Positions 6,766-16,841 of a stretch of DNA of 47,614 nucleotides are shown here, in pieces. This DNA is from a virus (lineage: Duplodnaviria; Caudoviricetes). The stretch spans positions 1 through 47,614 of the IMG/VR virus record IMGVR_UViG_3300016667_000636; one strand, written 5' to 3'. Below the pieces are notes generated by a model that saw only the letters and a list, made by a program, of their open reading frames with translations, did not search any database and had not been told where the DNA came from. How positions within the stretch are numbered: position 1 is the first letter of the stretch; each line of letters begins with the position of its first letter. The translations under genes and the position numbers were made by a program.

Positions 6766-9727
6766 TGTCGCCTCCCGAGAATGTTGCGGTTTTTGGGTCA
6801 TAAACCCGTGGCGCCACCTGCCCGCTGGGCAGCTTGCTCAACAACAAATTCCTTTCCCGAGTTGTCATTTGTCGATAGGAATTCAATTGGCCAAGAAAGA
6901 ACCTAGGGCCGCCGCCACCCTTGATTGCGGTCATGATCTTTGTTGGGTCTCCAAGCGTTTTAATCATCAGCCCCATATCTGGCCCAGTTAGAGCGCCGAG
7001 GTTGGCAGCCTCTTTCATTTTAACCAGCAACTGATTGTAGCTTGATGCTTGCTTGCCTCCCTCTTCGCCGACAGACAGCACTTGCAAACCGTTTTGCTCA
7101 ACATCTTGCTGGAGCGCGTCTAGCGCATTCGTCAGATCTTCAAGCGCCAAAATCTTCTCTCTGTATTTTGAAGCTTCAGCGGGCGTAATCGTTCCGACGC
7201 CCGGCTTGACCACAACATCAGTTTGAGTGCCCTCTCCGCCAGACACTGCGGTGACAGCAGGCTTAACTGGAGCAGTCTCGGAAGGGCTTGCCGGCTTTTT
7301 AGTTTCGACAGGATTGGTTCCGCCAATAGTCGGGGGCAAGAAAACTGGATTAAGGTTTGGCTTCACAAGCCTGACCTTGGTCTCGCCGGTCTCCGGGTCG
7401 AGGTAGCTCTCCTGCCTTGGCTGAGTCGCAAAGTCGTAGGCTCGTGCATATTCTGGAGTTGCGCGATACTCTGGGTTCTTAACGCCCTTGACCAAGATGT
7501 CATTGACTCGTCCCTCAAGACTGCTGCCAAAGCTGCCGTCTCCCGCCGTCTTTTCGGCAAGCGCTTGCGCCTGAGCCGCTTTTGATATTGCTCCCGCAGG
7601 CACTCGGCTGATCTCAGTCCATGTGCGGGTAGTCGGGTCGTACTGCTCTGTCAGTTCGTAAAGCTCTCCGTCTGTCGGGTCGATCACCTTTCTTGGACGA
7701 CTTTCCGGCGCTTTTGGCTCTCGCAGCTCAGCCTCTAACAGCTTGTCGCTGACGCCTTCCATGCGCTCTAGCTGCTTCTCAGCATCGGCAAGGCTGAGTT
7801 TCTTTTCCTCCATCAGGAACTGGATCTGAGCGGCACGATTTGCTCTGCGTGCAGCGCCTTCTTCTTTTGCGGAATCAGCCAGCACCGCCGATGCGTTGCT
7901 CAGCGTTTCGCCGGGCGTTCCGGTTTTGGTTGGGGACGCAAGCGCCGAGGCGAGCCGGAAATACATTTCTGACCTCGACGGCTGCTCCGAAGTGTCAAGC
8001 ATCGCTTGACGCATCGAGTCAATGTAGTTTTTCTTCTCTTTGCGCACCGCCTCAGTCGCGGCCTTCATTTCCGGGCTTGCGGCATATTTTTCGTAAAGGG
8101 ATTGCAGCTTGGGAGCGGGCTGTGGCGCCATCGGCGGCATCGGCGGCATCGGCGGCATTGGCTGAGTTTGCGGCCGGTAGAGCGCGTCGGCCACCACTGG
8201 CAGGCCGGTCGGGTTAGGCAGTCTGTTCAATCCGCCAGCATCAAAATTTCTTCGCACGACTCCCCCTTTCGCGTAAGGCCGATAACCAGTAACCGATGGG
8301 GCAACGAGACCCATAAAGTTGTAGGGATCATACCCAAACCCCGTCCACGGCGCTGTGGCGCCTCCAGCGCCTCCTGTGGCGCCTCCAGCGCCTCCCGTGG
8401 CGCCGCCAGTGCCACCAGCGCCCCCTGCGCCTCCTGTGGCGCCTCCTGCGGTGCCTGCGGCCTTGGCTGCGGCGTCAGCGGCATCTGATTGCGCCTTGGC
8501 CATTTTGAGCGCGTTGACGCCACTGTTGACCGCCGCTTGATTAGTCAGCAGGCTGCCTGTCCCCCCGGAAGCGTTTTGCACTCCGCGCATCGCGCTTGAT
8601 GCTCCGGCTTGAACGCCCGGCAGCGCCACGTTGGCCCCAGTAATCGGGCTTGTCATCAGCGCATTGACGTTATTGACCTGCGGCAGAATTGCCGAGGTCA
8701 GCATCGCTGGGTTGCCGGTTTGCAAAAGATGGCCGGCCCCTTGCACTACGCCTCGCGCATAATTGCCTACGCTTGACAGAGCATTGCCAGCATTTGTCAC
8801 TTGAGAGCTTAAATAGGGCATTAGCCCTTGCGTTCTAATGCCGTTAACCACCCCGCCGGCCCCAGTGTACGAGCCGGGCAACATGTAGGCCGACAGCGCG
8901 GGCGCAACAGCAAGGGCGAAGTCGCCAAAGTCGCCCTCATTCTCGATGGTCTGGAACCCCTTTATCGTGGCTGAAATTGCCGGCCCAACGCCGGGAACAA
9001 GCATTGCTAGAGCAGCGCCGATATCAAGACCGATGTCTCTAGGGTCTAGAGCGTTCTGCGCCTGCGGGGCGCGTTTTGCGTAGTCAGCAAGATCTGCGTA
9101 ACTGATGTTGGGATTTTGAGCAATCAGTTGCCGGACACCCGGCATTTTGGCGTCGTCTCGACCCCACTCTGTGCTGCCCCAGACGCCCGTCTTATATTTT
9201 GGGTTGGCAAGCACTCGTTCGATGTAGGCCTTGGCCTTTTGCTCGGCCTGCGGGTCGTCAGGATTGATTCCAATTGCCCAAAGGCCGGCGCCCTTGGTGT
9301 TGGAAAATTTCTCCTGCCAGCTCCGGTTGTCTCGCTCAGGATCCATCCCCTCGCCGAAGCGCACAAAACCATAGCGCTGTTCACCACGCTCTGGCGTGCG
9401 GCTGGCGCCCAAAGCCGTTTGCTGGTCTAGCCGCGCCTTGAGCGCTGGGTTCAGCCCGCCAGTTCGCGGATCTTTCAGCCAAAACGCGCCGCCGTTTTTT
9501 TGGATGTTTTTAAGCGCATCGATCCCGTCGTAGCCCCCAAAGGCCGGTGCGGCAACATTGCCCCCAGTGGCAAACCCCTGCGGAGGCGCTTGTGGCGGCA
9601 TCTGAGGCATTTGCGGCGGCGGCATAGGCATGCCCTGCGGCGGCATCTGAGGCGGCATCTGAGGCGGCGCAGGCTGCGGCTTCTGCGCGTTCAGAATTTG
9701 CGTAAAAATGCTGCCTTGCTGTTGCAT
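6755..9727 (-). CDS. large internal virion / DNA-ejection protein
   Basis: 990 aa; Pro/Gln and Gly/Ala repeats, coiled-coil regions; FATGG, YAKGG and FDAGG motifs; position after the tail genes. Confidence 0.65.
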   Translation of the reverse strand: MQQQGSIFTQILNAQKPQPAPPQMPPQMPPQGMPMPPPQMPQMPPQAPPQGFATGGNVAAPAFGGYDGIDALKNIQKNGGAFWLKDPRTGGLNPALKARLDQQTALGASRTPERGEQRYGFVRFGEGMDPERDNRSWQEKFSNTKGAGLWAIGINPDDPQAEQKAKAYIERVLANPKYKTGVWGSTEWGRDDAKMPGVRQLIAQNPNISYADLADYAKRAPQAQNALDPRDIGLDIGAALAMLVPGVGPAISATIKGFQTIENEGDFGDFALAVAPALSAYMLPGSYTGAGGVVNGIRTQGLMPYLSSQVTNAGNALSSVGNYARGVVQGAGHLLQTGNPAMLTSAILPQVNNVNALMTSPITGANVALPGVQAGASSAMRGVQNASGGTGSLLTNQAAVNSGVNALKMAKAQSDAADAAAKAAGTAGGATGGAGGAGGTGGATGGAGGATGGAGGATAPWTGFGYDPYNFMGLVAPSVTGYRPYAKGGVVRRNFDAGGLNRLPNPTGLPVVADALYRPQTQPMPPMPPMPPMAPQPAPKLQSLYEKYAASPEMKAATEAVRKEKKNYIDSMRQAMLDTSEQPSRSEMYFRLASALASPTKTGTPGETLSNASAVLADSAKEEGAARRANRAAQIQFLMEEKKLSLADAEKQLERMEGVSDKLLEAELREPKAPESRPRKVIDPTDGELYELTEQYDPTTRTWTEISRVPAGAISKAAQAQALAEKTAGDGSFGSSLEGRVNDILVKGVKNPEYRATPEYARAYDFATQPRQESYLDPETGETKVRLVKPNLNPVFLPPTIGGTNPVETKKPASPSETAPVKPAVTAVSGGEGTQTDVVVKPGVGTITPAEASKYREKILALEDLTNALDALQQDVEQNGLQVLSVGEEGGKQASSYNQLLVKMKEAANLGALTGPDMGLMIKTLGDPTKIMTAIKGGGGPRFFLGQLNSYRQMTTRERNLLLSKLPSGQVAPRVYDPKTATFSGGDSGK
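8126..8160 (-). repeat. 9-bp tandem repeat encoding (PPM)n
   Basis: ggcggcatc repeats. Confidence 0.7.
8355..8450 (-). repeat. imperfect 21-bp tandem repeat encoding a TGGAGGA Gly/Ala linker
   Basis: gtggcgcctccagcgcctcc(t/c) units. Confidence 0.75.
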
Positions 9728-9729
9728 GA

Positions 9730-10857
9730 TTAGCGCTGCTGGTAGGGCTGATAGGGCTGATAGGGTCGATAGGGCTCGTTAAGGCCTTGGTAGGCGGAAA
9801 CCGCGCTAAGCGTCGAGGCATACGGCGACGGCGCGTATGCCCCAGTCGCAAACTGGTTGGCCGTGGTGTAAGTCGGGACAGAGGTGCCTTGAGCAAGATT
9901 TCTGGCTCGCTCAGCGGCAATCCACGGGTAGTCCTGCTGCTGCTGCCAGCGGTTGTAGTTTTCGTTGTTCAGATTTTGCTGATAGTCAGTCTGCGCACGG
10001 CCAGCGGTCTCCATTTGGGCAGCATCAGCCGACAGCATCGACGCTCGATTCTGACCCATGGTGGCGAGGTTGGTCAGCGCCCCGATGTTGCGGTCGTAGT
10101 CGCCAGCCTGCGCACCCTGCAACTGTCCTGCGGCGTTCAGCCCAAACCCTTGCTGAGCCTGCCCAGCAGCCGTCAGGTTTTGCGCCAGATTGCCGTATCG
10201 AGACAGGTCGGTTTGCGCGGCGTTAAGCGCCTGCGTATACCCGGCCTGCGCTGCCTGCGCCTGCTGGTTAAGGATCGATTCCTGCGTGTCTCGCAGTGCG
10301 CGAGAGCCAAACTCGCCCATGCGGGTTCCGCCAAATGAGCCGGCCCGCACAAAAGAATCAGCGACGTTGGGCAGCAGGTTTTCGCTTAAGTTTCTCGCTC
10401 CCTGCTGAGCAATTAAGTCCAGCACCGACTGCTGGTAGGGGTTCATGTATTGGCCGACATTCTGAGCGGCAGACTGGCCTGCCTGATCAAAATACTGCTG
10501 CCCCTGACTCAGGTTTTGGTCAATCGTGTTAGGCCGCAAATACTGGTTCTGGTTCTGCTGAAAACCAGAAGCGGTATCTGTGCTTGTCATGCCCTGCATG
10601 CCTTGCGAGGCCATGTTCAGCTCCGGCTTCCACGCGCCCTGATTAGCTGAAATGTTGGAATAGGCCTGCTGTTGCTGAGCGCTCAGCGGTGCAGTGATTT
10701 GCTGGTTGTAGGCCTGATACGGCCGACTGCCAAGATTGTTGGCAGTGTTGTAGATGTTGTAACCAAACTTTTGAGCGTAGACCGGGATCGCATTTGCTCC
10801 GGCCTGCGGCGTAAACGCTCCAATCGGAGCGCCTTGGAAAGCATCGTTCTGAGGCAT
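9730..10857 (-). CDS. Gln-rich DNA-transfer (pilot/ejection) protein
   Basis: 375 aa; YMNPYQQSV...AGSFGGTR pattern typical of podovirus DNA-transfer proteins. Confidence 0.65.
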   Translation of the reverse strand: MPQNDAFQGAPIGAFTPQAGANAIPVYAQKFGYNIYNTANNLGSRPYQAYNQQITAPLSAQQQQAYSNISANQGAWKPELNMASQGMQGMTSTDTASGFQQNQNQYLRPNTIDQNLSQGQQYFDQAGQSAAQNVGQYMNPYQQSVLDLIAQQGARNLSENLLPNVADSFVRAGSFGGTRMGEFGSRALRDTQESILNQQAQAAQAGYTQALNAAQTDLSRYGNLAQNLTAAGQAQQGFGLNAAGQLQGAQAGDYDRNIGALTNLATMGQNRASMLSADAAQMETAGRAQTDYQQNLNNENYNRWQQQQDYPWIAAERARNLAQGTSVPTYTTANQFATGAYAPSPYASTLSAVSAYQGLNEPYRPYQPYQPYQQR

Positions 10858-10858
10858 C

Positions 10859-12592
10859 TTACATTCCTCTCAGGTATGCCAACGGCGATTTGGCGTTGGG
10901 GCTAATTTTGCCTTTTGCGAGTGCGCGACCTTTTTGTCGGCGGATTTCAGCACGCATTTTATCAAGGCGCTGGGCGCCGTGTTCGACCGAGCCGTCGCCA
11001 AGCAGCGCCACGGTTTCAGCGTCGATGACGTATTCGCCGTCCGACAGCCGAGCGTTGATCGTGTCAGCGCGGCCACTACCAGAGCCCTTCGCCAGATAAG
11101 CGACCTGACTCAACGCGCCGCCTCGGGCTTTGGCTACCGGCTTGTTGTAGTAGCCGCTTGAGAATTTGTCCCAGTGCTGCGCCATGTAGCTGTTTGCGTC
11201 TAGACCAGCCGCTGCGGCGTCTCGATTTATTTTCGTCCAGTCCCAATTCTGAAGCGGCATGTTCATCTGCCTCTTCTGGTCTTCGGTCAGCGTGTTGTCT
11301 AGGACAGTCTGAGCATCCTTCGGCGCATTTTGTCCGCTACTGTCATCGCCGCTCATGTAATTGAGCAGCGGCATTGCGGCTAGCCCCAACATGCCATATT
11401 TCAGCATGTCGTCTGCGGTCAAGCCGGTAGCCGGCGGTGGCGGTGGCGGTGCCGGCGGCGCCGGAGGCGTTGCCCCTGCGGCTGCGGCTGCATTCGCTCC
11501 GGCAGATCCGGGGTCAATGTAGGCGCCGGGCGCCGCAGCCTGCGGGGTCACAGGGTTGCGCAAGACCTCTTCAGACGGCTTGGTTGCGAGCTGGGCGGCG
11601 GGACTGCCCCTCATGAGGTTTTGCGCTATCCCGCTGAGGCCGCCTGCGGCTCCGGCATACATAGCCATGCGCGGGTCAAACCCCGCCCCAATCATCGAAC
11701 CGAAACCTTTGCCGGCTTGCTGAATCGCAGTGTTTCCGCTTTGCTTGGCGAGCGCGGATGCGCCGGCCCCGAGGGCGCCGCGCACAGCGCCACGCATGCC
11801 GTTCCCGCTGAAGAGCCCAGCAGCGCCGCCGGTCAGTGCGCCGCCGGTCAGCGAGGCCATCAGGGGGTTCTGAATGCCCAGCAAATTTCCGCCGATGTAC
11901 TCATTGAGGCCGCCGAGGTTGGCGCCGGCAAGCGCCCCCTTGAGCACTTTCCCGCCAGTCAGCGCGGTCGTTGCGGCACCGATTACCGTGTTGCCAATGA
12001 CGCTTGACAGCGCAGGCCCAACAACGCCTTTAGACCAATTACTAACAACATTTGAAATTTGGGGAAAAAAAGTGTTGATCGCAATCGGCGCAATTGCCCC
12101 AAGAATTTTTCCCAAGTCGCTCTTGAACTCAGGCAACCCGGTCGCCGGATTGCGGCGCCCAGAGGCGCCCATTCCGCGCAGGATTTCCGCTTCGCGAGGA
12201 TTGATGTGGGCCAGCATTGAGTCGCCGCCACGGCCAGCGCGTTGCAGTTTTTTGGCTGCCACCTTGAGGCCGCCACGCGCATAGCCCTTCTGGGCTACCT
12301 TTTCCTGCAATCCATATAGGGCGACAAGCAGCGCCACGATGGCGATGGGGTCAAACTGGTCTGGCAAAATTCCTTCTGCAAGCAGCCCTTCCTCGATTGC
12401 CGAGGCCTTGATTTGGTTGTAGTTGCTTGAGTCCTCAAGCATCTGCTCAAGCAGCTTGATGCCGTCCTCTAGGTCGTCCGAGGTGACCGGCATGTTAGCG
12501 ATGCGCTGCTCCATCTGAGCAATAGCCGGCGCAAACTTGGGGTCTTGCCGAGCCTCATCAATCAGACCTTGTCTATCAATTGCCATTGGCAT
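10859..12592 (-). CDS. internal virion / DNA-transfer protein
   Basis: 577 aa; GRGGDSMLAHINPRE and GSGRADTINARLSDGEYVI modules, each preceded by an AxGG motif; Gly-rich hydrophobic middle. Confidence 0.65.
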   Translation of the reverse strand: MPMAIDRQGLIDEARQDPKFAPAIAQMEQRIANMPVTSDDLEDGIKLLEQMLEDSSNYNQIKASAIEEGLLAEGILPDQFDPIAIVALLVALYGLQEKVAQKGYARGGLKVAAKKLQRAGRGGDSMLAHINPREAEILRGMGASGRRNPATGLPEFKSDLGKILGAIAPIAINTFFPQISNVVSNWSKGVVGPALSSVIGNTVIGAATTALTGGKVLKGALAGANLGGLNEYIGGNLLGIQNPLMASLTGGALTGGAAGLFSGNGMRGAVRGALGAGASALAKQSGNTAIQQAGKGFGSMIGAGFDPRMAMYAGAAGGLSGIAQNLMRGSPAAQLATKPSEEVLRNPVTPQAAAPGAYIDPGSAGANAAAAAGATPPAPPAPPPPPPATGLTADDMLKYGMLGLAAMPLLNYMSGDDSSGQNAPKDAQTVLDNTLTEDQKRQMNMPLQNWDWTKINRDAAAAGLDANSYMAQHWDKFSSGYYNKPVAKARGGALSQVAYLAKGSGSGRADTINARLSDGEYVIDAETVALLGDGSVEHGAQRLDKMRAEIRRQKGRALAKGKISPNAKSPLAYLRGM

Positions 12593-12597
12593 CTACC

Positions 12598-13317
12598 TCA
12601 TTCGACGACTTGGCAAAAACGCTCTGCCCAGTCTCGCCAGTTTGAAAAATTATAGGGCGTCGGAAAATTTTCGCTTAACGATGCTCGACTTGAAAATTGA
12701 ACTGCCCAATCCTGCCATTTTGATTCATCGTCAAGCCGACCGAAAGTGCCGAATGGGTCGAGGTCAAGAGAAATCTGGTCAGCCCAGTCTTTAAGGCTCA
12801 TTCCGGTTGGCAAAGTCACAACAATTTTTTTCTCTTCGCTTTCAACATTGAGAGTAATGCAGTCCACCGCAAACAACGTCGTTGCGTCATCAGTTTGCGT
12901 GTTGTACGGGTACAGCTCAACTTTAAGAGTAGAAAGGTCTGCAAAATTCCAATTTGCCGGTCTAATCCAAGCCGGATTAGAAAAGGAGAACGTCGTCGCT
13001 ATAGTGGTTATTGGGTAAATAAATGCAAAGAAAATCGTCGTCCAAACCCCAAAAATCTGAACCTTTAAGTAAACTGCTAATTCAATGTTTACATCATTAT
13101 CAGAAACAGCTTTTACAAGAACCTCAAAGTTTGTGACTTTTAAGACAGAGTCAGAAACATTAAAACCAGAGGCAACCATGTATGGGTTCTGATTGTAGGT
13201 GTAAACGCTTGCATAAAGATTGTTGCAAGTAAGCGCATTAGGAACATTTGACCAGATCTCAGCCCCAGAGTTGAACCCAACGACAGAAGTAGGCAAATAC
13301 GATTTTTTCACGCTCAC
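12598..13317 (-). CDS. tail-associated protein: Trp-rich C-terminal domain with a beta-rich, AT-rich-encoded N-terminal part
   Basis: 239 aa; C-terminal DWADQ...WQDWA...WRDWAERF; GTGA-coupled to the nozzle gene. Confidence 0.6.
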   Translation of the reverse strand: MSVKKSYLPTSVVGFNSGAEIWSNVPNALTCNNLYASVYTYNQNPYMVASGFNVSDSVLKVTNFEVLVKAVSDNDVNIELAVYLKVQIFGVWTTIFFAFIYPITTIATTFSFSNPAWIRPANWNFADLSTLKVELYPYNTQTDDATTLFAVDCITLNVESEEKKIVVTLPTGMSLKDWADQISLDLDPFGTFGRLDDESKWQDWAVQFSSRASLSENFPTPYNFSNWRDWAERFCQVVE

Positions 13318-14843
13318 CCCAGCACCGTCCTGTCGCCAGTCGAGATGTGCCCGATGATCTGCCCCATCTGATAGTCACCTCCAACACTATCGGAGGAAAA
13401 CCTTACCCGCAGCTCGCGTCGCTGTTCCTTCAAGAAAATGATTTGCTCGCTCGGCGTCTCTGCGGTTTCTTGAAACACAAATTCCGAGCTGTAGACCTCG
13501 TGCGAACGCGCGTTCGCCCGGCCGGTGACTTGAAACGTCATTGGCCCTGACTGGATAAAATCGGGCTCAATTGCGCTTATTCTCAAGTACTCATTTTTGC
13601 CCTTAACAAGCTCAGACAAATCTGCCGTTTCAAAATAACTATGAATTGGATTGATCGTTTGGCCGTCGATTTCGTCAACGCCGTATTCATGCAGCCACAC
13701 CTTGTAGTAGCCGCCGGAGGCGACGCAGTCCGTCAGGATTGGCGCCGAGAGACCGTTGTTGAACCCGCCGCTGGCTCGGCCAGAGGCCGGCAGCGCAGTG
13801 TCGTACCAGCTCTGCTCACGCGCGTTGTAAATGACGGCGTGCGTGCATTCTGTTGCGCTTCCGCGAGGGTAGCAAAACCAGACCTCGCCGTAGTGAGGCA
13901 CCTTGAACGCAAAAACTTTGCTTCGCTGCGTGGCGTTCAGATTGTCGAAAAACCAGTTTATGTTCATCTGATTCGGCACTTCGCGAACAACGCCGTTGAA
14001 CATCAAGAACCGATCTACGCCGGGCCAGAAAAAAACACCGTCGTAATCAACAATGCTGTCTGGCGACATGACTGAGGTGTCGGTCGCGATGGTGTCGAAC
14101 TGGAACACCGTGGCGCCTCCAGTAAAGCTCACGCGAATCACAGCGTCATACGCCCAAAAAATTCCGGCGGGCGCCGAGCCTGAGCCAGCGCGTAGAGGAA
14201 ATCCCTTGATGATTTTTTGACCCCAAACTCGCGCAATGCCGCTGCCAGCGCCGGTCAGATTTGTTGGAGTTCCGGCGACCGACCATCCGACAATCCCCGC
14301 CGTCCCGTAGTAAAACAGGTACGGGTGAAGCATCACGATTCCGCCCGTGGCATTGGCACCAGCGGGCAGAGAGACCGAGGTTAGCGCGGCCGTTCCGGTG
14401 AGGTCGCCAGAGTAAATGGCGCCGCCAGTGTCGTTGCAAACGCACGAGAGGTTCGGCGAAACGTGAGCGAACAGGGTGTTTTGCGTGGTCGAGGAATCGT
14501 AGCTGTTGACAAACATCCACTGGTTCAGCGGGTTTGAGACAAATCCTGCTGGGGTGCGGTCAACAATCGGCGAGCTGTTGTTGTTTGCGTCAACAGTAAA
14601 TCTTTGAATTTTGCTGGCGCCGCCAGAGTGGCAGTATTGCAGACCTTGCTGGGTGAACGAGGTGAATCCGCGCGAGATTTCTTGGAGGTATCGATTGATC
14701 GAGCGGTAGCCGCCGATTTTGCGCGGCAGCCCTCGCTGGAAACGCATCCACTGCCCATCAGTGTAAAAATCGCCGTCGAACTTTGTCCCGTCCCTTTTGA
14801 TGCCGGGGTTCGACCGCAAAATAATGGTTGGGGTTGCGGGCAT
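13314..14843 (-). CDS. tail nozzle / tail tubular B (P22 gp10-like) protein
   Basis: 509 aa, beta-propeller-like; PGIKRDGT...RFQRGLPRKIGG N-terminus, EVWFCYP and VIYN...WY motifs. Confidence 0.75.
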   Translation of the reverse strand: MPATPTIILRSNPGIKRDGTKFDGDFYTDGQWMRFQRGLPRKIGGYRSINRYLQEISRGFTSFTQQGLQYCHSGGASKIQRFTVDANNNSSPIVDRTPAGFVSNPLNQWMFVNSYDSSTTQNTLFAHVSPNLSCVCNDTGGAIYSGDLTGTAALTSVSLPAGANATGGIVMLHPYLFYYGTAGIVGWSVAGTPTNLTGAGSGIARVWGQKIIKGFPLRAGSGSAPAGIFWAYDAVIRVSFTGGATVFQFDTIATDTSVMSPDSIVDYDGVFFWPGVDRFLMFNGVVREVPNQMNINWFFDNLNATQRSKVFAFKVPHYGEVWFCYPRGSATECTHAVIYNAREQSWYDTALPASGRASGGFNNGLSAPILTDCVASGGYYKVWLHEYGVDEIDGQTINPIHSYFETADLSELVKGKNEYLRISAIEPDFIQSGPMTFQVTGRANARSHEVYSSEFVFQETAETPSEQIIFLKEQRRELRVRFSSDSVGGDYQMGQIIGHISTGDRTVLG

Positions 14844-16045
14844 TAGAAGATGCCACCATCAACAACGCCGGCCTGCGCGACGCCCAGCGCACTGTAGGCC
14901 GCTGACTGGCTGGCGGCGGTGAACAACGCAATGCCGGTGCCAGTGCCGCCGAGGTTAATCAGTGCGCCGCCTGCGGTCGTTGAGCCCGTTCCGCCATCTG
15001 CAACAGTTATGGGAACCGAAACAGTTGATGTATCCGCCGTGACAACATTGACGCCATTGCAGTACAAGATTCTGCGCTGAGTCTGGCCAATTACAACGCC
15101 AGTCCCTGCGGCAGTTTTTATGGTCAAATCAAACGCGCCAGTCGTGCTGTTGGAGACCCAGTACTGCTGAACGGTTGTCGGAACGATAACTGTCCTGTTG
15201 CCAGTCAGCACTCCAGTAAAATTGTAGGCAATTCTGTTGAGTTCAGTTCCGCTGAGCGTGTAGTTGCCGGTGCCCGGAATGTTTAGCGAGGTGAAATCAA
15301 AGGCAAACGCAGCGCTTTGTCCAAGCCCAATCGTAAAAAAATCTGATCCATCGCAGGCAATGATTGCGGAGTCGCCGGGCTGAAAACTCAGCGAGGAGAG
15401 CGCATTGATCGTGTTGCTACCTTGAGGCGTTGCAACGATTGCGCCGCCGCCGCTGTTCCGCAAATAGCAAAACCAGTTGCTGCCGACCACGGTGGCAACT
15501 GGCAGCGTCAAGACCCCTGCGCCGGTTGCGCCCCAGTTGAACATCCTTGCGCGGTCGCTCGTCGTCAGCGTGTAGTTTGACGAAAACGTCGTTATAGGAA
15601 CGCTTTGAGAGAGAAGCGCACCAACTGCCACAATGCCAGTTCCTGCAAGAGCAGAAGCGTTTGCAATTGAAATCGTTGAGCCGTACTGAAGCGTCTCCCA
15701 AAGCCCCGCAGCCGTGGTGTTGCTGGTCAGATAGATTTGCCAAATTTCACCAGCGGCAATGTTGACAATCTGAACACCAGCGGCGTCTTTCACCGAAAAC
15801 GTGTTTGCGCCCTGATTGTTGAAAAGCACGGTTTCGCCGACGCCGGCTTTCTGAGCATCAGGCATCGTGATGCTAAGACCGGCCGCCGAGGCCGTTACGT
15901 CAATAATTCTGGTGACCAGATTTGCGCTGACAGACGTTTCCTCTGGCCAGCTCATCGTAATGTTGGCAGAGAGCGCAATTGCGCTGTAGCTGATTTCGGA
16001 CGGGTAGATATTGGCGCCGCCGAAAACGCTGGTGTAGGTGGTCAT
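14843..16045 (-). CDS. tail fibre/spike-type structural protein
   Basis: 400 aa, Thr/Gly/Ser-rich beta repeats; VADGGTGSTTA and VDGGIF motifs. Confidence 0.65.
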   Translation of the reverse strand: MTTYTSVFGGANIYPSEISYSAIALSANITMSWPEETSVSANLVTRIIDVTASAAGLSITMPDAQKAGVGETVLFNNQGANTFSVKDAAGVQIVNIAAGEIWQIYLTSNTTAAGLWETLQYGSTISIANASALAGTGIVAVGALLSQSVPITTFSSNYTLTTSDRARMFNWGATGAGVLTLPVATVVGSNWFCYLRNSGGGAIVATPQGSNTINALSSLSFQPGDSAIIACDGSDFFTIGLGQSAAFAFDFTSLNIPGTGNYTLSGTELNRIAYNFTGVLTGNRTVIVPTTVQQYWVSNSTTGAFDLTIKTAAGTGVVIGQTQRRILYCNGVNVVTADTSTVSVPITVADGGTGSTTAGGALINLGGTGTGIALFTAASQSAAYSALGVAQAGVVDGGIF

Positions 16046-16668
16046 GCCTCGCTCCTGTTGGATGTGCGATCCATAATTTTCTTGAGGTCTTCGCCGTTCA
16101 ACGCCTGAGCCGCCCGGTCATACATTGCCTGCCAAAGCTGCACTCGCTCATCGTTTTTCAAGAACGGCGTTGCCTCAAGCAGCGCGGAATACAGCAGGAG
16201 GTCTGGCGCATACTCGGTCAACCAGCTCGTCTGCACATCCTCGCCAATAAAGATTGGCTGCTCGTAGTAGAGAATTTCAAGCGATTGAGCAGCAACCGGA
16301 GTCGGCGCAATAATCCAGTGCTGGTAGTCGTAGTCCGCATAAAACTGCGGAGTTCCGGTCTCGGCTTCGTTCGGCCAGTAGGAGCGGATGTAGTCGTAAG
16401 ACCGAGAGAAAATCGGCACGTTGTCTACTGTCATCGCGACGGTGTCTCGCCAGCGGTCAGGCTTCATGTAGACCGGCACGCCGACTTGAAGCGGCGTGGT
16501 CACGGCCTTGATGAATCCTTGGATCTTCAGCTCTCGCGCAATCCTGCGCTCGCCAAGCGTCACCAGCCTCGGCAGTTGCTCCCGCACGATTTCATCGCTC
16601 TCAAACCCGCGCTCAAGATAGCGTCGCAGGTCAACGAGCAGGCTGTCGTAGGTCATGGTGTAGCTCAT
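16042..16668 (-). CDS. head-tail adaptor (tail tubular A-like)
   Basis: 208 aa; GTPQFY...IAPTP...WL...PDLLLYSALLEA..FLK signature. Confidence 0.75.
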   Translation of the reverse strand: MSYTMTYDSLLVDLRRYLERGFESDEIVREQLPRLVTLGERRIARELKIQGFIKAVTTPLQVGVPVYMKPDRWRDTVAMTVDNVPIFSRSYDYIRSYWPNEAETGTPQFYADYDYQHWIIAPTPVAAQSLEILYYEQPIFIGEDVQTSWLTEYAPDLLLYSALLEATPFLKNDERVQLWQAMYDRAAQALNGEDLKKIMDRTSNRSEA

Positions 16669-16671
16669 GGC

Positions 16672-16833
16672 TTAGCCTCGACGGATGACCTCGATAAGGC
16701 CAATCACACTGGCAACCGCAGTGCCAATCGCCGGCACGAGGTCGGGCGCAATGTGGATCCCAAAGCCGCCAACAATCAGCGCAAGACCACGCCAAGTGGA
16801 CGGTTCCTTCAAACGAGCAAAAACGTATTCCAT
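16672..16833 (-). CDS. small holin-like membrane protein
   Basis: Below the ORF-track cutoff; MEYVFARLKEPSTWRGLALIVGGFGIHIAPDLVPAIGTAVASVIGLIEVIRRG, two TM-like segments, GGAGG RBS, follows the endolysin. Confidence 0.7.
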   Translation of the reverse strand: MEYVFARLKEPSTWRGLALIVGGFGIHIAPDLVPAIGTAVASVIGLIEVIRRG

Positions 16834-16841
16834 AGTGCCTC

